Positions 8,749 through 17,738 of a DNA stretch of 33,572 bases are shown one piece after another. Where the stretch lies: assembly GCA_046538795.1 (NCBI GenBank), contig JBKHIF010000007.1, positions 1-33,572 of the forward strand. Direction: 5' to 3'. How positions within the stretch are numbered: the first letter of the stretch is position 1; each line of letters begins with the position of its first letter. A model generated the notes under the pieces. That model did not search any database, had not been told where the DNA came from, and saw only the letters and a list, made by a program, of their open reading frames with translations. The position numbers and the translations under genes were made by a program. This DNA is from Candidatus Woesearchaeota archaeon. GTDB taxonomy: Archaea; Nanobdellota; Nanobdellia; Woesearchaeales; CAZJJJ01.

Positions 8749-9315
8749 ATGAACATGGTCGGAATAATTATAGGTGTTGGAATTGGTCTTTTGATCCTTT
8801 TCCTGATTGGATTTTTTATATCTATATATAATAGCCTTGTCAGACTTAAGAACAATATCGAGAAAGCATGGAGCAACATTGATGTTCTTCTTAAGCAAAG
8901 ACATGATGAGCTTACAAAACTTATCGAAAGTGTCAAGGGATACATGAAGCATGAGAAAGGAGTCCTTCAAAAGGTTACAGAAGCAAGGACTGCTTTCATG
9001 AAGGCTAACACTGTTGGTGAAAAGGCTAAGGCAGACAATGTAATGGAATCAACATTGAAATCAATTTTTGCGGTTGCAGAAAACTATCCGCAGCTAAAGG
9101 CAAATGAGAATTTCATACAGTTCCAAAATAGGATATCTGAAATTGAGAATATGATTGCTGACAGGAGAGAATTCTACAATGATTCTGTGAACACTTTCAA
9201 TATAAGGATCGAACAGATACCAGATGTCTTTGTTGCAAACATGCTAAATTATCAGAAAAAGGAAATGTTTAAGGCTGATGAAGCAGATAGAAAAGACGTA
9301 AAGGTTGAATTTTAA
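8749..9315 (+). CDS. lemA: LemA family protein
   Basis: TM, then YNSLV, AWSNIDVLLKQRHD, AVAENYPQLKAN and RREFYNDSV; GAGGT SD before the ATG at 8749. Confidence 0.96.
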   Translation: MNMVGIIIGVGIGLLILFLIGFFISIYNSLVRLKNNIEKAWSNIDVLLKQRHDELTKLIESVKGYMKHEKGVLQKVTEARTAFMKANTVGEKAKADNVMESTLKSIFAVAENYPQLKANENFIQFQNRISEIENMIADRREFYNDSVNTFNIRIEQIPDVFVANMLNYQKKEMFKADEADRKDVKVEF

Positions 9316-9324
9316 ATTTTTTTA

Positions 9325-9401
9325 TTGAAAATTTCGCATGAAACACGATTGAAACTTTGTTTAAATGTGCGCAGAAATTTAAAAAAATTCTTTTCGTTTT
9401 T
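9325..9401. repeat. 77-bp dispersed intergenic repeat, copy 2
   Basis: 75/77 identical to 9..85; starts 9 nt after the lemA stop; followed by a small hairpin GGGT-TAAAT-ACCC and a T-tract. Confidence 0.95.
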
Positions 9402-9473
9402 TTTGGGTTAAATACCCCGTCATTTATTTTTTTCCTATACATTTTTTAAATAATTGAATTTTACTTTCTCGTT

Positions 9474-10364
9474 ATGGCAAAGAAAAACAGATTTGTTTCC
9501 TCGATTATAATCTTCTTTAAAGGTCTTCTTATGGGTTCTGCAGATATAGTTCCTGGAGTTTCAGGCGGGACCATTGCGCTTATCACAGGCATATACACAA
9601 GGCTTGTAGACGGGATCAGCAATTTTTTCAAGGTGCTGAATTTTGAATCTCTCAAGGCCTTTGCCACATTTGATAAAAAGAAGATAAAATATATTATCAG
9701 ATCGATAGATTTCGCATTATTCATACCATTGTTCCTTGGTATTGCAACAGCTTTCCTTTCACTTGCCAATCTTATACATTATCTCATGGAAGAAGCGACA
9801 GTTAAGACATATGCTTTTTTTTTCGGACTCATCTTAGGTTCAGCAGTGTTTCTATATAAGAAGCTTAAGCATATTGATCTTAATACAATTCTTTTTGCTA
9901 TTATAGGATTTTTGATATCTTTTTTGGTTACAGGTTTTACAGGAGTTAGTGCAAATCATTCTTTTCCTGTAATATTTGGTTCAGGAGCTATTGCAATTAC
10001 AGCCATGATACTTCCTGGTATTTCTGGTTCATTCATGCTTGTTCTTCTCAATCAGTATGAATATGTGATCGGTGCGATAAAAGATCTTAACATAGGAATA
10101 ATTTTTGTATTCGCTTTAGGAGCTTTCTTTGGCCTTCTTGCATTCACAAGGCTTCTTAAATATCTTCTGCATAGCAAGGAAAATCTTACCATGGGATTTC
10201 TCATAGGACTTATGCTTGGAAGCCTAAGACTTCAATATACAATAATATCTGAAAACCAGATGACGACTCCTGTTTTTATCTGGATGATTGTTGTAGGGAT
10301 AATTGGATTTTCAATAGTATTCTTGCTTGATCTTTTTGGAAAAAGATATGAAGAAAAAACCTGA
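9474..10364 (+). CDS. DUF368 membrane protein (polyprenyl-phosphate translocase family)
   Basis: KGLLMGSADIVPGVSGGTIALITGIY and AMILPGISGSFMLVLL signature motifs; multiple TMs. Confidence 0.95.
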   Translation: MAKKNRFVSSIIIFFKGLLMGSADIVPGVSGGTIALITGIYTRLVDGISNFFKVLNFESLKAFATFDKKKIKYIIRSIDFALFIPLFLGIATAFLSLANLIHYLMEEATVKTYAFFFGLILGSAVFLYKKLKHIDLNTILFAIIGFLISFLVTGFTGVSANHSFPVIFGSGAIAITAMILPGISGSFMLVLLNQYEYVIGAIKDLNIGIIFVFALGAFFGLLAFTRLLKYLLHSKENLTMGFLIGLMLGSLRLQYTIISENQMTTPVFIWMIVVGIIGFSIVFLLDLFGKRYEEKT

Positions 10365-10366
10365 AG

Positions 10367-11347
10367 ATGGAAAAAATATATGATATATTTGGAATAGGAA
10401 ATCCTGTTGTAGATATACTTGCAAAAATAGAGGATACTTTTATTGAAAAATTGTCATTGAGAAAAGGCTCAATGCATCTTATTTCAAGAGAAAGAAGAGA
10501 AGATATACTAAAAGAGATCGCATCGATTCCAAAAAATATAGTTCCGGGTGGATCGTGTGCAAACACTATGTTTGCACTTTCTGATTTAGGACTCAACGTA
10601 GTATATTCCGGAGCGATAAGTTCTGATGAGTATGGAAATGCTTTCCAGAAATCAACTGAAAAATTTGGGATAACAGGAAATCTTTCTCTAAAAGAATCAC
10701 CAACAGCTTCAAGTATAATCCTCATAACAGAAGATACTGAGAGGACAATGAATACATACCTTGGAGCCTGCAGGGAATATGATTCTTCTGACGTCGATAT
10801 CGAGAAACTTAAGCAGTCAAGGTTTCTTTATTTTACAGGATATATGTGGGATACAGAATCACAGAAAGAAGCCTTAAAAAAAGCTATAAAGATCGCTAAG
10901 GAAAATGATGTTAAAATAATATTTGATGTTGCTGATCCTTTTGCAGTTAGCAATTCAAGAGAAGATTTTCTTAAGATAATCAAAGAAGATGCTGATTTCT
11001 TTTTTGCAAATGAAGAGGAGGCAAAGATGCTTTCTGGAAAAAATACTTCTGATGATGCTATTGAATTCTTGATGTTAAATGCCAAAGCTGGAGCTATTAA
11101 ACTAGGATCAAATGGATCAGTCATATTCTCAGGCAATCAACGTTTTGACATAGACATATTCAAAGTTGATGCAGTCGATACCACCGGAGCAGGAGACATG
11201 TATGCCGCAGGAGTAATATTTGGAATAGCAAAATCTCTTGGTTTTGAAAAAGCTGGAAAGATTGCATCTTTCTCATCAGCTGAGGTTGTAAAGAATATAG
11301 GCGCCCGGCTTGATTATTCTTTGAAAAAAAAAGTTTTGGATTTATAA
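10367..11347 (+). CDS. PfkB/ribokinase-family kinase (adenosine kinase-like)
   Basis: GIGNPVVD, PGGSCANT, ERTMNTYLGA, FANEEEA and DTTGAGDMYAAG. Confidence 0.93.
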   Translation: MEKIYDIFGIGNPVVDILAKIEDTFIEKLSLRKGSMHLISRERREDILKEIASIPKNIVPGGSCANTMFALSDLGLNVVYSGAISSDEYGNAFQKSTEKFGITGNLSLKESPTASSIILITEDTERTMNTYLGACREYDSSDVDIEKLKQSRFLYFTGYMWDTESQKEALKKAIKIAKENDVKIIFDVADPFAVSNSREDFLKIIKEDADFFFANEEEAKMLSGKNTSDDAIEFLMLNAKAGAIKLGSNGSVIFSGNQRFDIDIFKVDAVDTTGAGDMYAAGVIFGIAKSLGFEKAGKIASFSSAEVVKNIGARLDYSLKKKVLDL

Positions 11348-12220
11348 TCTAAGGTCTCCGTAGTAATATGCTTTTACCACTTCTCCAGTATCAAGATGTA
11401 ATAGTATCTCAAGCAGATATTTTTGTTCAAGGTCAGGAGAGACAATCGCAGAATAATCGCATTCGCCTTCTATTAACATCTCATCAACTATGATAAGATC
11501 GCCGGGATCTGGTGTCACAATACGATCCCTTACCTTTATCACGATATTTTTTTTGTCAAAATTGCAAAGATTCATATTGTGATAATTCACTTCAATCTTA
11601 TCAAGTATCAGATATGTGTTGTACAGATATGTTGTCTGAAGGCCCTTTTTCCTTATGTTGTCAGAAAGCATGACTGTCATGCTAAATCTTTTTGTGAAGA
11701 AATCAAGATTAAAGTTCTTAATATCAACCATAGTGGAGTTAAAAACCATAAAATCATACATTCGGGTTATTTTCCAATATCCATCGATTTTTTGGAGAAC
11801 AATCCCTGCGAAAAGTTTTGTTCTTGTAGAATCAAGATAGATTGCGCTCAATGCGTTATATTCATCTATATATTTTATCTTTCCCGGTATGGTTATCTCT
11901 ATGTCTTTTGTAGTTACTATAGGTTTTTTCAGATCCTCATCGCTCGGAAAACCATATATAAGAGTTATATTTTCATCCATTGCAAAATAAAGTTCTTTTA
12001 AGACAAAAGCATAATCATTGTCAGAAAAAACAGATGCAAGGTCCTGGAAGTCTTTCTTATTCATGGAGTTTTCAAGAAACATCATAAGATTTTCAGGATC
12101 CTTAAATCCAAGAGTGCTGTTTCCTGTAGGATATGAGCATCCTGAGATAAATACAAATGAAGAAATAAGCACAAGGAACAGAAAAATAGTCTTAATCCCA
12201 CCAGAACCTATGCTTCTCAT
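11342..12220 (-). CDS. hypothetical secreted protein, putative lipoprotein
   Basis: Hydrophobic N-terminus ending FISGC (lipobox-like). Confidence 0.7.
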   Translation of the reverse strand: MRSIGSGGIKTIFLFLVLISSFVFISGCSYPTGNSTLGFKDPENLMMFLENSMNKKDFQDLASVFSDNDYAFVLKELYFAMDENITLIYGFPSDEDLKKPIVTTKDIEITIPGKIKYIDEYNALSAIYLDSTRTKLFAGIVLQKIDGYWKITRMYDFMVFNSTMVDIKNFNLDFFTKRFSMTVMLSDNIRKKGLQTTYLYNTYLILDKIEVNYHNMNLCNFDKKNIVIKVRDRIVTPDPGDLIIVDEMLIEGECDYSAIVSPDLEQKYLLEILLHLDTGEVVKAYYYGDLRL

Positions 12221-12273
12221 AATATATTGAATTAAAAAGAAACTTAATAAAAATTTCTATTCTAAATGTATCT

Positions 12274-12987
12274 TTATCTTTTTTTTTCAAGAATGCCGTA
12301 TCTCCTCATAACTTCCACATATTTACTGAAATCAGATGATTTCTTGAAATCGTCTAGTACAGGACGAGGCATCATCTTCATCATCTTGTGTGTTGTACTG
12401 AGGACGTCCTTGACATCAGATTCAAGCCTTGGCTTATAAAGCATGACCTTGTTGTATGAAGGAGGGCAAAGCATCTCTTTTTCTTCTTCTATTATTGCGC
12501 TTCGCGTCTCTTTTTCAGAAAAAGTTTCATTTCTTGTTCTGTCGTTTCTGTTAAGGTTGTCTGCCCAATTATCTATGAAGTTATCAGGCTCTTCTTCTAC
12601 TTCAAGTTTTTCTTTTTCTTTCTTTGGATAGAATTCTACCTTTTTCTTTGAAAAAAAATCTTCATCACCTGATAATTTATTTTGATTTCCAGGAGATTTT
12701 TCTATATCAACATCAACATCTTTTGTTTTTTTTGACAAAAGAACATCAGATACTGCATTAAAAACAGTTTTCCAAAAGGAATGATTTTCTACGACGTGCA
12801 CAGAAGACGAAGAATCCTTAAAATCAACAAATTCATGCCTTTCTTTTATTTTTTTTCTTATGTAGCTTATCTCCTTTACTATAGGAAATTTATTGATTAT
12901 CTTTTTGAAACCTTTTTCCTTTTCTTCAAGAGGGAAATTTTTCTTGTCGAGATATTTGTCAAGTTCAATGTTGAATTGATTAGCCAT
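12274..12987 (-). CDS. hypothetical protein with conserved-looking helical C-terminus
   Basis: GGTGA SD; acidic disordered middle; C-terminal DVKDVL...MP..VLDDFKKSSDFSKY..VMRRYGIL. Confidence 0.75.
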   Translation of the reverse strand: MANQFNIELDKYLDKKNFPLEEKEKGFKKIINKFPIVKEISYIRKKIKERHEFVDFKDSSSSVHVVENHSFWKTVFNAVSDVLLSKKTKDVDVDIEKSPGNQNKLSGDEDFFSKKKVEFYPKKEKEKLEVEEEPDNFIDNWADNLNRNDRTRNETFSEKETRSAIIEEEKEMLCPPSYNKVMLYKPRLESDVKDVLSTTHKMMKMMPRPVLDDFKKSSDFSKYVEVMRRYGILEKKR

Positions 12988-13209
12988 ATATTCACCAATA
13001 TTTCTTTGTTGGGCATGCCTTTTTCAGGCAAAAATCCTTTTTTCCAGTCAAAGACCGGTTGTACACAGTGTATAAAAAGTTTACGGATTGGTTTTTATAC
13101 ATCTTCAGGCATAACATGCCTTTTTATAAGCTTATTTTATGAGGCGTATCTGCATCTTATAAAAATTTTTTCACAGATTTTATTAATGAGTAGGGTTATA
13201 ATCAGTTTG

Positions 13210-14919
13210 ATGGCTTTTAGGAAATACTTGTTTTTTGCTGTTGTATCTTTTATCATAGCATTATCTGTTTTTGATACTTCTCATGCAGGGGGACTTAGAG
13301 AGATACATAAAGGATCTCTTTATCCGGGTGAGGTAGTAACTAAGAATGGAATGTCGTTTTACATATCTCATGTTGAATCATCTGAAAAAGCCCATATTAC
13401 TTTTATGCTGCAAAATGAGAACAGATCTTATTTCATTGACCGCAACGAAACTTATGCAGATGATTATTTTAATATGATATATCTTTTCAGGATATTTGAT
13501 CTGGACAGGGGTATAGGAAAACTTGAGAACGGAACATTAAAAGAGATACCTGGTTATATTTTTATAATCAACACTAAGATTCCTTATCTTGAAATTTCCC
13601 AAAAAGCTTCAGTCAAAAAAGCTGGTCTAAAAGACAACGTTAATATAAGGATCACTATTAAAAATTCAGGAAGCCCTACTCAAATTAAATTTTCTCAGGC
13701 AATTGAAGATGGCATTGTTGCAGTTCCTATAAGGAATCTTAGCATAAAAAATAATAATCTTGTCTATGAAGGAAAGATGGATGATGAGATTGTACTTGAA
13801 TATAGCATAAGGTCAAAAAAATCCAGGTTGTTGGAGATTTCTCCTGATATAAGTTTTGATTATCTTGGGATTGAAGAGACTGTTGAGACTGATCCTTTGC
13901 TGATAGATTTTTCTCACGGCATAGAATCTCATGGATCGCTTAATGCTTCATCTTCAAGATTAGGAGAGTTTATGGATTATCTTTATATTGTAAAAAATAC
14001 AAAAAACGAGAGCCATGATTTTAAGGCATCTATAAATTTTCCGAAAGGATATGATGTATTTTATATAGGCACTAACAAGAGTTCAGGTGAGGATCAAAAT
14101 AAACTTTCCAAAATAGGAAAACTGGATAAATATGATGGATCTTTTTCTTTTAGCCACGATTATTCCTTGAGTCCTTATGAGGAATTCTACTATTATTTTA
14201 CTGTACAATCGAAAAATGTCTCTTATGGAATAAGACAAAACATCTCTTCATCTATGAAAATTTCAGTAGATGGAATTATTTCTGAATCAAAAGATACAGA
14301 TGATACTGTGCTTCTTTATACCATGCCCTGGATCGAGGTATGGTCGAACTCATCAAAAATAAATGAAAGTGATTCTGTAAATCTTGTTGTGCTTCTAAAA
14401 AACAAGAACCAGGATAAATTCATAAAGGATCTTTATTTTTTTATAGATGGAAATTTTATAGAATCTATGGAGTATTATAAGCCGGTACTTGAACTTGAAA
14501 ACGAGGAGATAGTGTTTAATCTTGCTTATGAGCCCGAATACATAGGTAATGAGGATGCTTTTGTTAATGTTACTGCAATATACAAGACAAGGTTTGATGA
14601 AACTATTAATCTGAAAGAATATGTTGTAATTACAAAAAAGAATGTGAAAGATACTTCTGAATTTTTGGAAAATACTGAATTAGAAGAAATATTTCCTTAT
14701 GTGGAACCAAAGAAGAATCTCATAGGACATATAGAAAATTTTGTAAATGGCTTTATTTCAAATGTTCAGGGGAAAAAATATGCACCTAAGGATAATCTAT
14801 TCATAGTACCTTTGGTTATTGTGGTTCTGATAATTACGATAAGCATGATGAAATCATGGGGAATCGATCTTACATCTAGAGATTTATACTCAAACCTATT
14901 CAAAAGATTTAAAAAATAG
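13210..14919 (+). CDS. secreted, C-terminally anchored beta-rich surface (S-layer/Ig-like) protein
   Basis: Signal peptide MAFRKYLFFAVVSFIIALSVF; Ig-like segments (LEISQK..VNIRITIKNSG; VNLVVLLKNKN); many N-x-S/T sequons; C-terminal TM. Start moved from 12781. Confidence 0.75.
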   Translation: MAFRKYLFFAVVSFIIALSVFDTSHAGGLREIHKGSLYPGEVVTKNGMSFYISHVESSEKAHITFMLQNENRSYFIDRNETYADDYFNMIYLFRIFDLDRGIGKLENGTLKEIPGYIFIINTKIPYLEISQKASVKKAGLKDNVNIRITIKNSGSPTQIKFSQAIEDGIVAVPIRNLSIKNNNLVYEGKMDDEIVLEYSIRSKKSRLLEISPDISFDYLGIEETVETDPLLIDFSHGIESHGSLNASSSRLGEFMDYLYIVKNTKNESHDFKASINFPKGYDVFYIGTNKSSGEDQNKLSKIGKLDKYDGSFSFSHDYSLSPYEEFYYYFTVQSKNVSYGIRQNISSSMKISVDGIISESKDTDDTVLLYTMPWIEVWSNSSKINESDSVNLVVLLKNKNQDKFIKDLYFFIDGNFIESMEYYKPVLELENEEIVFNLAYEPEYIGNEDAFVNVTAIYKTRFDETINLKEYVVITKKNVKDTSEFLENTELEEIFPYVEPKKNLIGHIENFVNGFISNVQGKKYAPKDNLFIVPLVIVVLIITISMMKSWGIDLTSRDLYSNLFKRFKK

Positions 14920-14938
14920 GTTCTCTGCCCTTTGCTAT

Positions 14939-15838
14939 ATGGACCCTGAGATAAATAACAAAATGAATATAGATATAAGAAGACCTGTATTTTCAGGAAT
15001 GTTCTATGAAAATGATTTTCAGTCGCTAAACAAGCAGATTGAGAAATGCTTTACAAAGGAACTTGGACCAGGTTCTCTTCCAGTAAAGAGAAGTTCGAGA
15101 GAAATTCTTGGGATTATCTCACCTCATGCAGGATATGATTATTCAGGGATGTGTGCTGCCTGGGGATATAAAGAGATTGCTGAATCAAGGATGGCTGATG
15201 TCTATGTAATCCTTGGTCCGAATCACACAGGTCTTGGGTATGATTCAGTCTTGCTATCTAATTGGTATACTCCGCTTGGCCTTGTTAAGACTCACAGGGT
15301 ATTTGCTCAGGATCTCATACAAAAGACAGGCCTTTCCTCAGATCAATCAGCTCACATGCAAGAACATTCAATTGAGGTACAGCTTCCATTTCTTCAATTT
15401 GCATCAAAGGATCGCCTTGAAAAGCTAAAGGTAGTATGCATATCTCTTATGAATCCAGATAAGATCACGAAAATAGCTTCTGCGATTAATCAAATATCAG
15501 ATGAAAGAAATCTAAGAATTTGCATTATTGCAAGTTCTGATTTCACACATTTTGGAGAGAGGTTTGATTATGTTCCTTTCAGATATAACATAAAAGAGAA
15601 CATAAATCATCTGGATATGGAAGCTATAGAGCACATTAAATCACTGGATTCTGAAAAATTCCTTAAATTAATAAAAAACAATCAGGCGACTATATGCGGA
15701 TATCTTCCTATTGCAGTTATTATAGAAACATTCAGGCAGAAAGCTGAAAAGGTACGTCTCCTTCAGTATTATACTTCAGGAGATCTTACAAAAGATTATG
15801 ATAACTCGGTAAGCTATGCTTCGTTGTTGTTTGAGTAA
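14939..15838 (+). CDS. MEMO1-family protein (AmmeMemoRadiSam system protein B)
   Basis: RRPVFSGMFY, SPHAGYDYSG, GPNHTG, EHSIEVQLPFLQ, ASSDFTHFG, TICG, YYTSGD and VSYAS. Confidence 0.96.
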   Translation: MDPEINNKMNIDIRRPVFSGMFYENDFQSLNKQIEKCFTKELGPGSLPVKRSSREILGIISPHAGYDYSGMCAAWGYKEIAESRMADVYVILGPNHTGLGYDSVLLSNWYTPLGLVKTHRVFAQDLIQKTGLSSDQSAHMQEHSIEVQLPFLQFASKDRLEKLKVVCISLMNPDKITKIASAINQISDERNLRICIIASSDFTHFGERFDYVPFRYNIKENINHLDMEAIEHIKSLDSEKFLKLIKNNQATICGYLPIAVIIETFRQKAEKVRLLQYYTSGDLTKDYDNSVSYASLLFE

Positions 15839-16057
15839 GTTTGTTTACGTGATATTTTTCTCGTCTAAAAAAAGTCCAATCAAAAAGTTTAAATAATAGT
15901 TTTTATTTGCCAGTAGTACATAAATCTGTGTGATTGGGGGAAATTGATCTTCAATTAGCGAATCAATAATCCATAGATGGCTGTGTTTTTGCATTTTTTA
16001 TGCAATTTGATTCAAATAATTTAAAACTATATAATTAATTGATCGGGGGTCATTGTG

Positions 16058-17662
16058 ATGAATACAAGACAATTTGCAAATCTTCATTCTACTCTGAAGA
16101 GTTCCTTCGGAGCTGTAAGGGATGATATAACAAAGCTCAAGAAAAGAGACGGCACTCTAAAGCAGGAGCTTGCTGAGATCAGGCGAAATATCGCTAACAG
16201 TGTTACAAGAGATGAGTTTTTCACTTATGTGAAAAATCTTGATGAGCAGATAGAGCGCTCAGTTGATGTCGCAACACTTAACAAGACTGAAGCTAAGATT
16301 GTACAGGACTTTAATACAAATTTTTCATCTCTGAACGAAGATGTGACTGGTCTTAAAGATCGATTTGACACTTATCATAATGAATTTAATTCAAGGGTTG
16401 AATCGCTTGAGAAGGATTTTTCAAAACAGCTTGATGACATAAGGTCTGAGATGAAGAAGACTGAAGATCTTAAGAAGGAAGTTAAAGAAGTGAAATCTTT
16501 CAAGAAGCAGGTAAGTGATCTGGAAAAGACATTTGCTAAGAAAAAATCTCTTGATGAGGCTTTTCAGGAACAGGACGAGATATATGATCTTATTGAAGAG
16601 CTTGAAAATAGGGTACTTAAGAAAAAGGATATTGAATCTTATCAGAAACTTGTTGATGACAAGCTAAAGAAATTCAGAGATCAGATGAATGAGGTTGAGA
16701 TTGTTGCAGAGAATCTCAACAGGAAGCTTAAGGATCTTGATGATTATGAGAGAGATATAAGGAAGCTTGGAGACTCTTTCAGCAAGATTTCAATGCAGAT
16801 GGATAAGCTTGACCCAAGCGACAAGGTTGCATCTATTGGTATCCAGCTTAAAGAGAACAGGTCTGTCCTTAATGCTTTTGAGAAAAAGCTAAATGAAGTT
16901 GTAGATATAACAAATGAAGCTAATGAAAGCCAGGTCGAAAGGATGGTAAGCGACGAGTTCTACAAGGAAGGAGATATAGAAGAGCTTGATTACGAAGAAC
17001 CTGAACCTGTTAAATCTGATTCTATCGTCCTTAAGTCAACTCAGAGAAGATCTTCTGACAAAGAGGAAATAAGGCCTCTTAGTGATCTTTTAGTAAGAGA
17101 TGAAGAACCAAAAGAAAGAAAAGGTTTTTTCGCAAGGATTATGAACTGGTTTTTTGAAGAAGTTCCTGAAGATGAGGACGAGGAAAAGTCTGTTTCAGAT
17201 AAGATTGAAGATAAACGATCTAAAAAAGCAGAAAAAGACGAAATTGAAACAGTGAAAACAGAAAAGAAAAGTCCTGAGAAGAAGAATTATTCAAAGATAG
17301 ATAAAAACGATTCTTCAGGAAAAAAAGTGGCTAAATCATATAAAGAATCAAAAGTTTCCAAAGATAAGCCTGAGACTGAAATCAAGGCAGAAAAAAAATC
17401 TGAAACAAAGAAAGAATCTAAATCAGAAGAGCCTGAAAAGAAAGATATCTCTAAGAAAGGTCCTAAGGGTACTGAAAAAGAGATAAGGATAGAAACTTCA
17501 GAAAAGACTGAAGAGGGTGAAAGAAAAAGAGGATTTTTTGGAAGGATAGTTGATTGGTTCTTAGAGGATGAAGAGGAACTTGAGCCTGAAAAAGAGGCAA
17601 AGGAAGAACCAAAAGACGAAGCAAAAAATAATTCAAAGAAAAACAATAAAAAAAAGGAATAA
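16058..17662 (+). CDS. long coiled-coil protein with charged low-complexity tail and two amphipathic motifs
   Basis: Heptad-rich first ~290 aa; E/K/S-rich tail with RKGFFARIMNWFFEE and KRGFFGRIVDWFLED; GGGGGT SD; start GTG 16055 or ATG 16058. Confidence 0.85.
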   Translation: MNTRQFANLHSTLKSSFGAVRDDITKLKKRDGTLKQELAEIRRNIANSVTRDEFFTYVKNLDEQIERSVDVATLNKTEAKIVQDFNTNFSSLNEDVTGLKDRFDTYHNEFNSRVESLEKDFSKQLDDIRSEMKKTEDLKKEVKEVKSFKKQVSDLEKTFAKKKSLDEAFQEQDEIYDLIEELENRVLKKKDIESYQKLVDDKLKKFRDQMNEVEIVAENLNRKLKDLDDYERDIRKLGDSFSKISMQMDKLDPSDKVASIGIQLKENRSVLNAFEKKLNEVVDITNEANESQVERMVSDEFYKEGDIEELDYEEPEPVKSDSIVLKSTQRRSSDKEEIRPLSDLLVRDEEPKERKGFFARIMNWFFEEVPEDEDEEKSVSDKIEDKRSKKAEKDEIETVKTEKKSPEKKNYSKIDKNDSSGKKVAKSYKESKVSKDKPETEIKAEKKSETKKESKSEEPEKKDISKKGPKGTEKEIRIETSEKTEEGERKRGFFGRIVDWFLEDEEELEPEKEAKEEPKDEAKNNSKKNNKKKE

Positions 17663-17738
17663 ATCTTTTTTGCTTGTTTTTTCTTTGGCTTTTTTTAGAA
17701 AATCATTAATATCATTTCTTTTTTTATTTATTTAATAT

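Noticed and set aside
86..9324. Integrated element bounded by the 77-bp direct repeats
   Set aside because: The enclosed genes are core (rpoL, tfs, uppS, sec11, NMD3); no integrase or tRNA target.
12781..13209. N-terminal extension of the 712-aa ORF
   Set aside because: It overlaps the opposite-strand gene 12274..12987 and a regulatory-looking spacer; the signal peptide begins at 13210.
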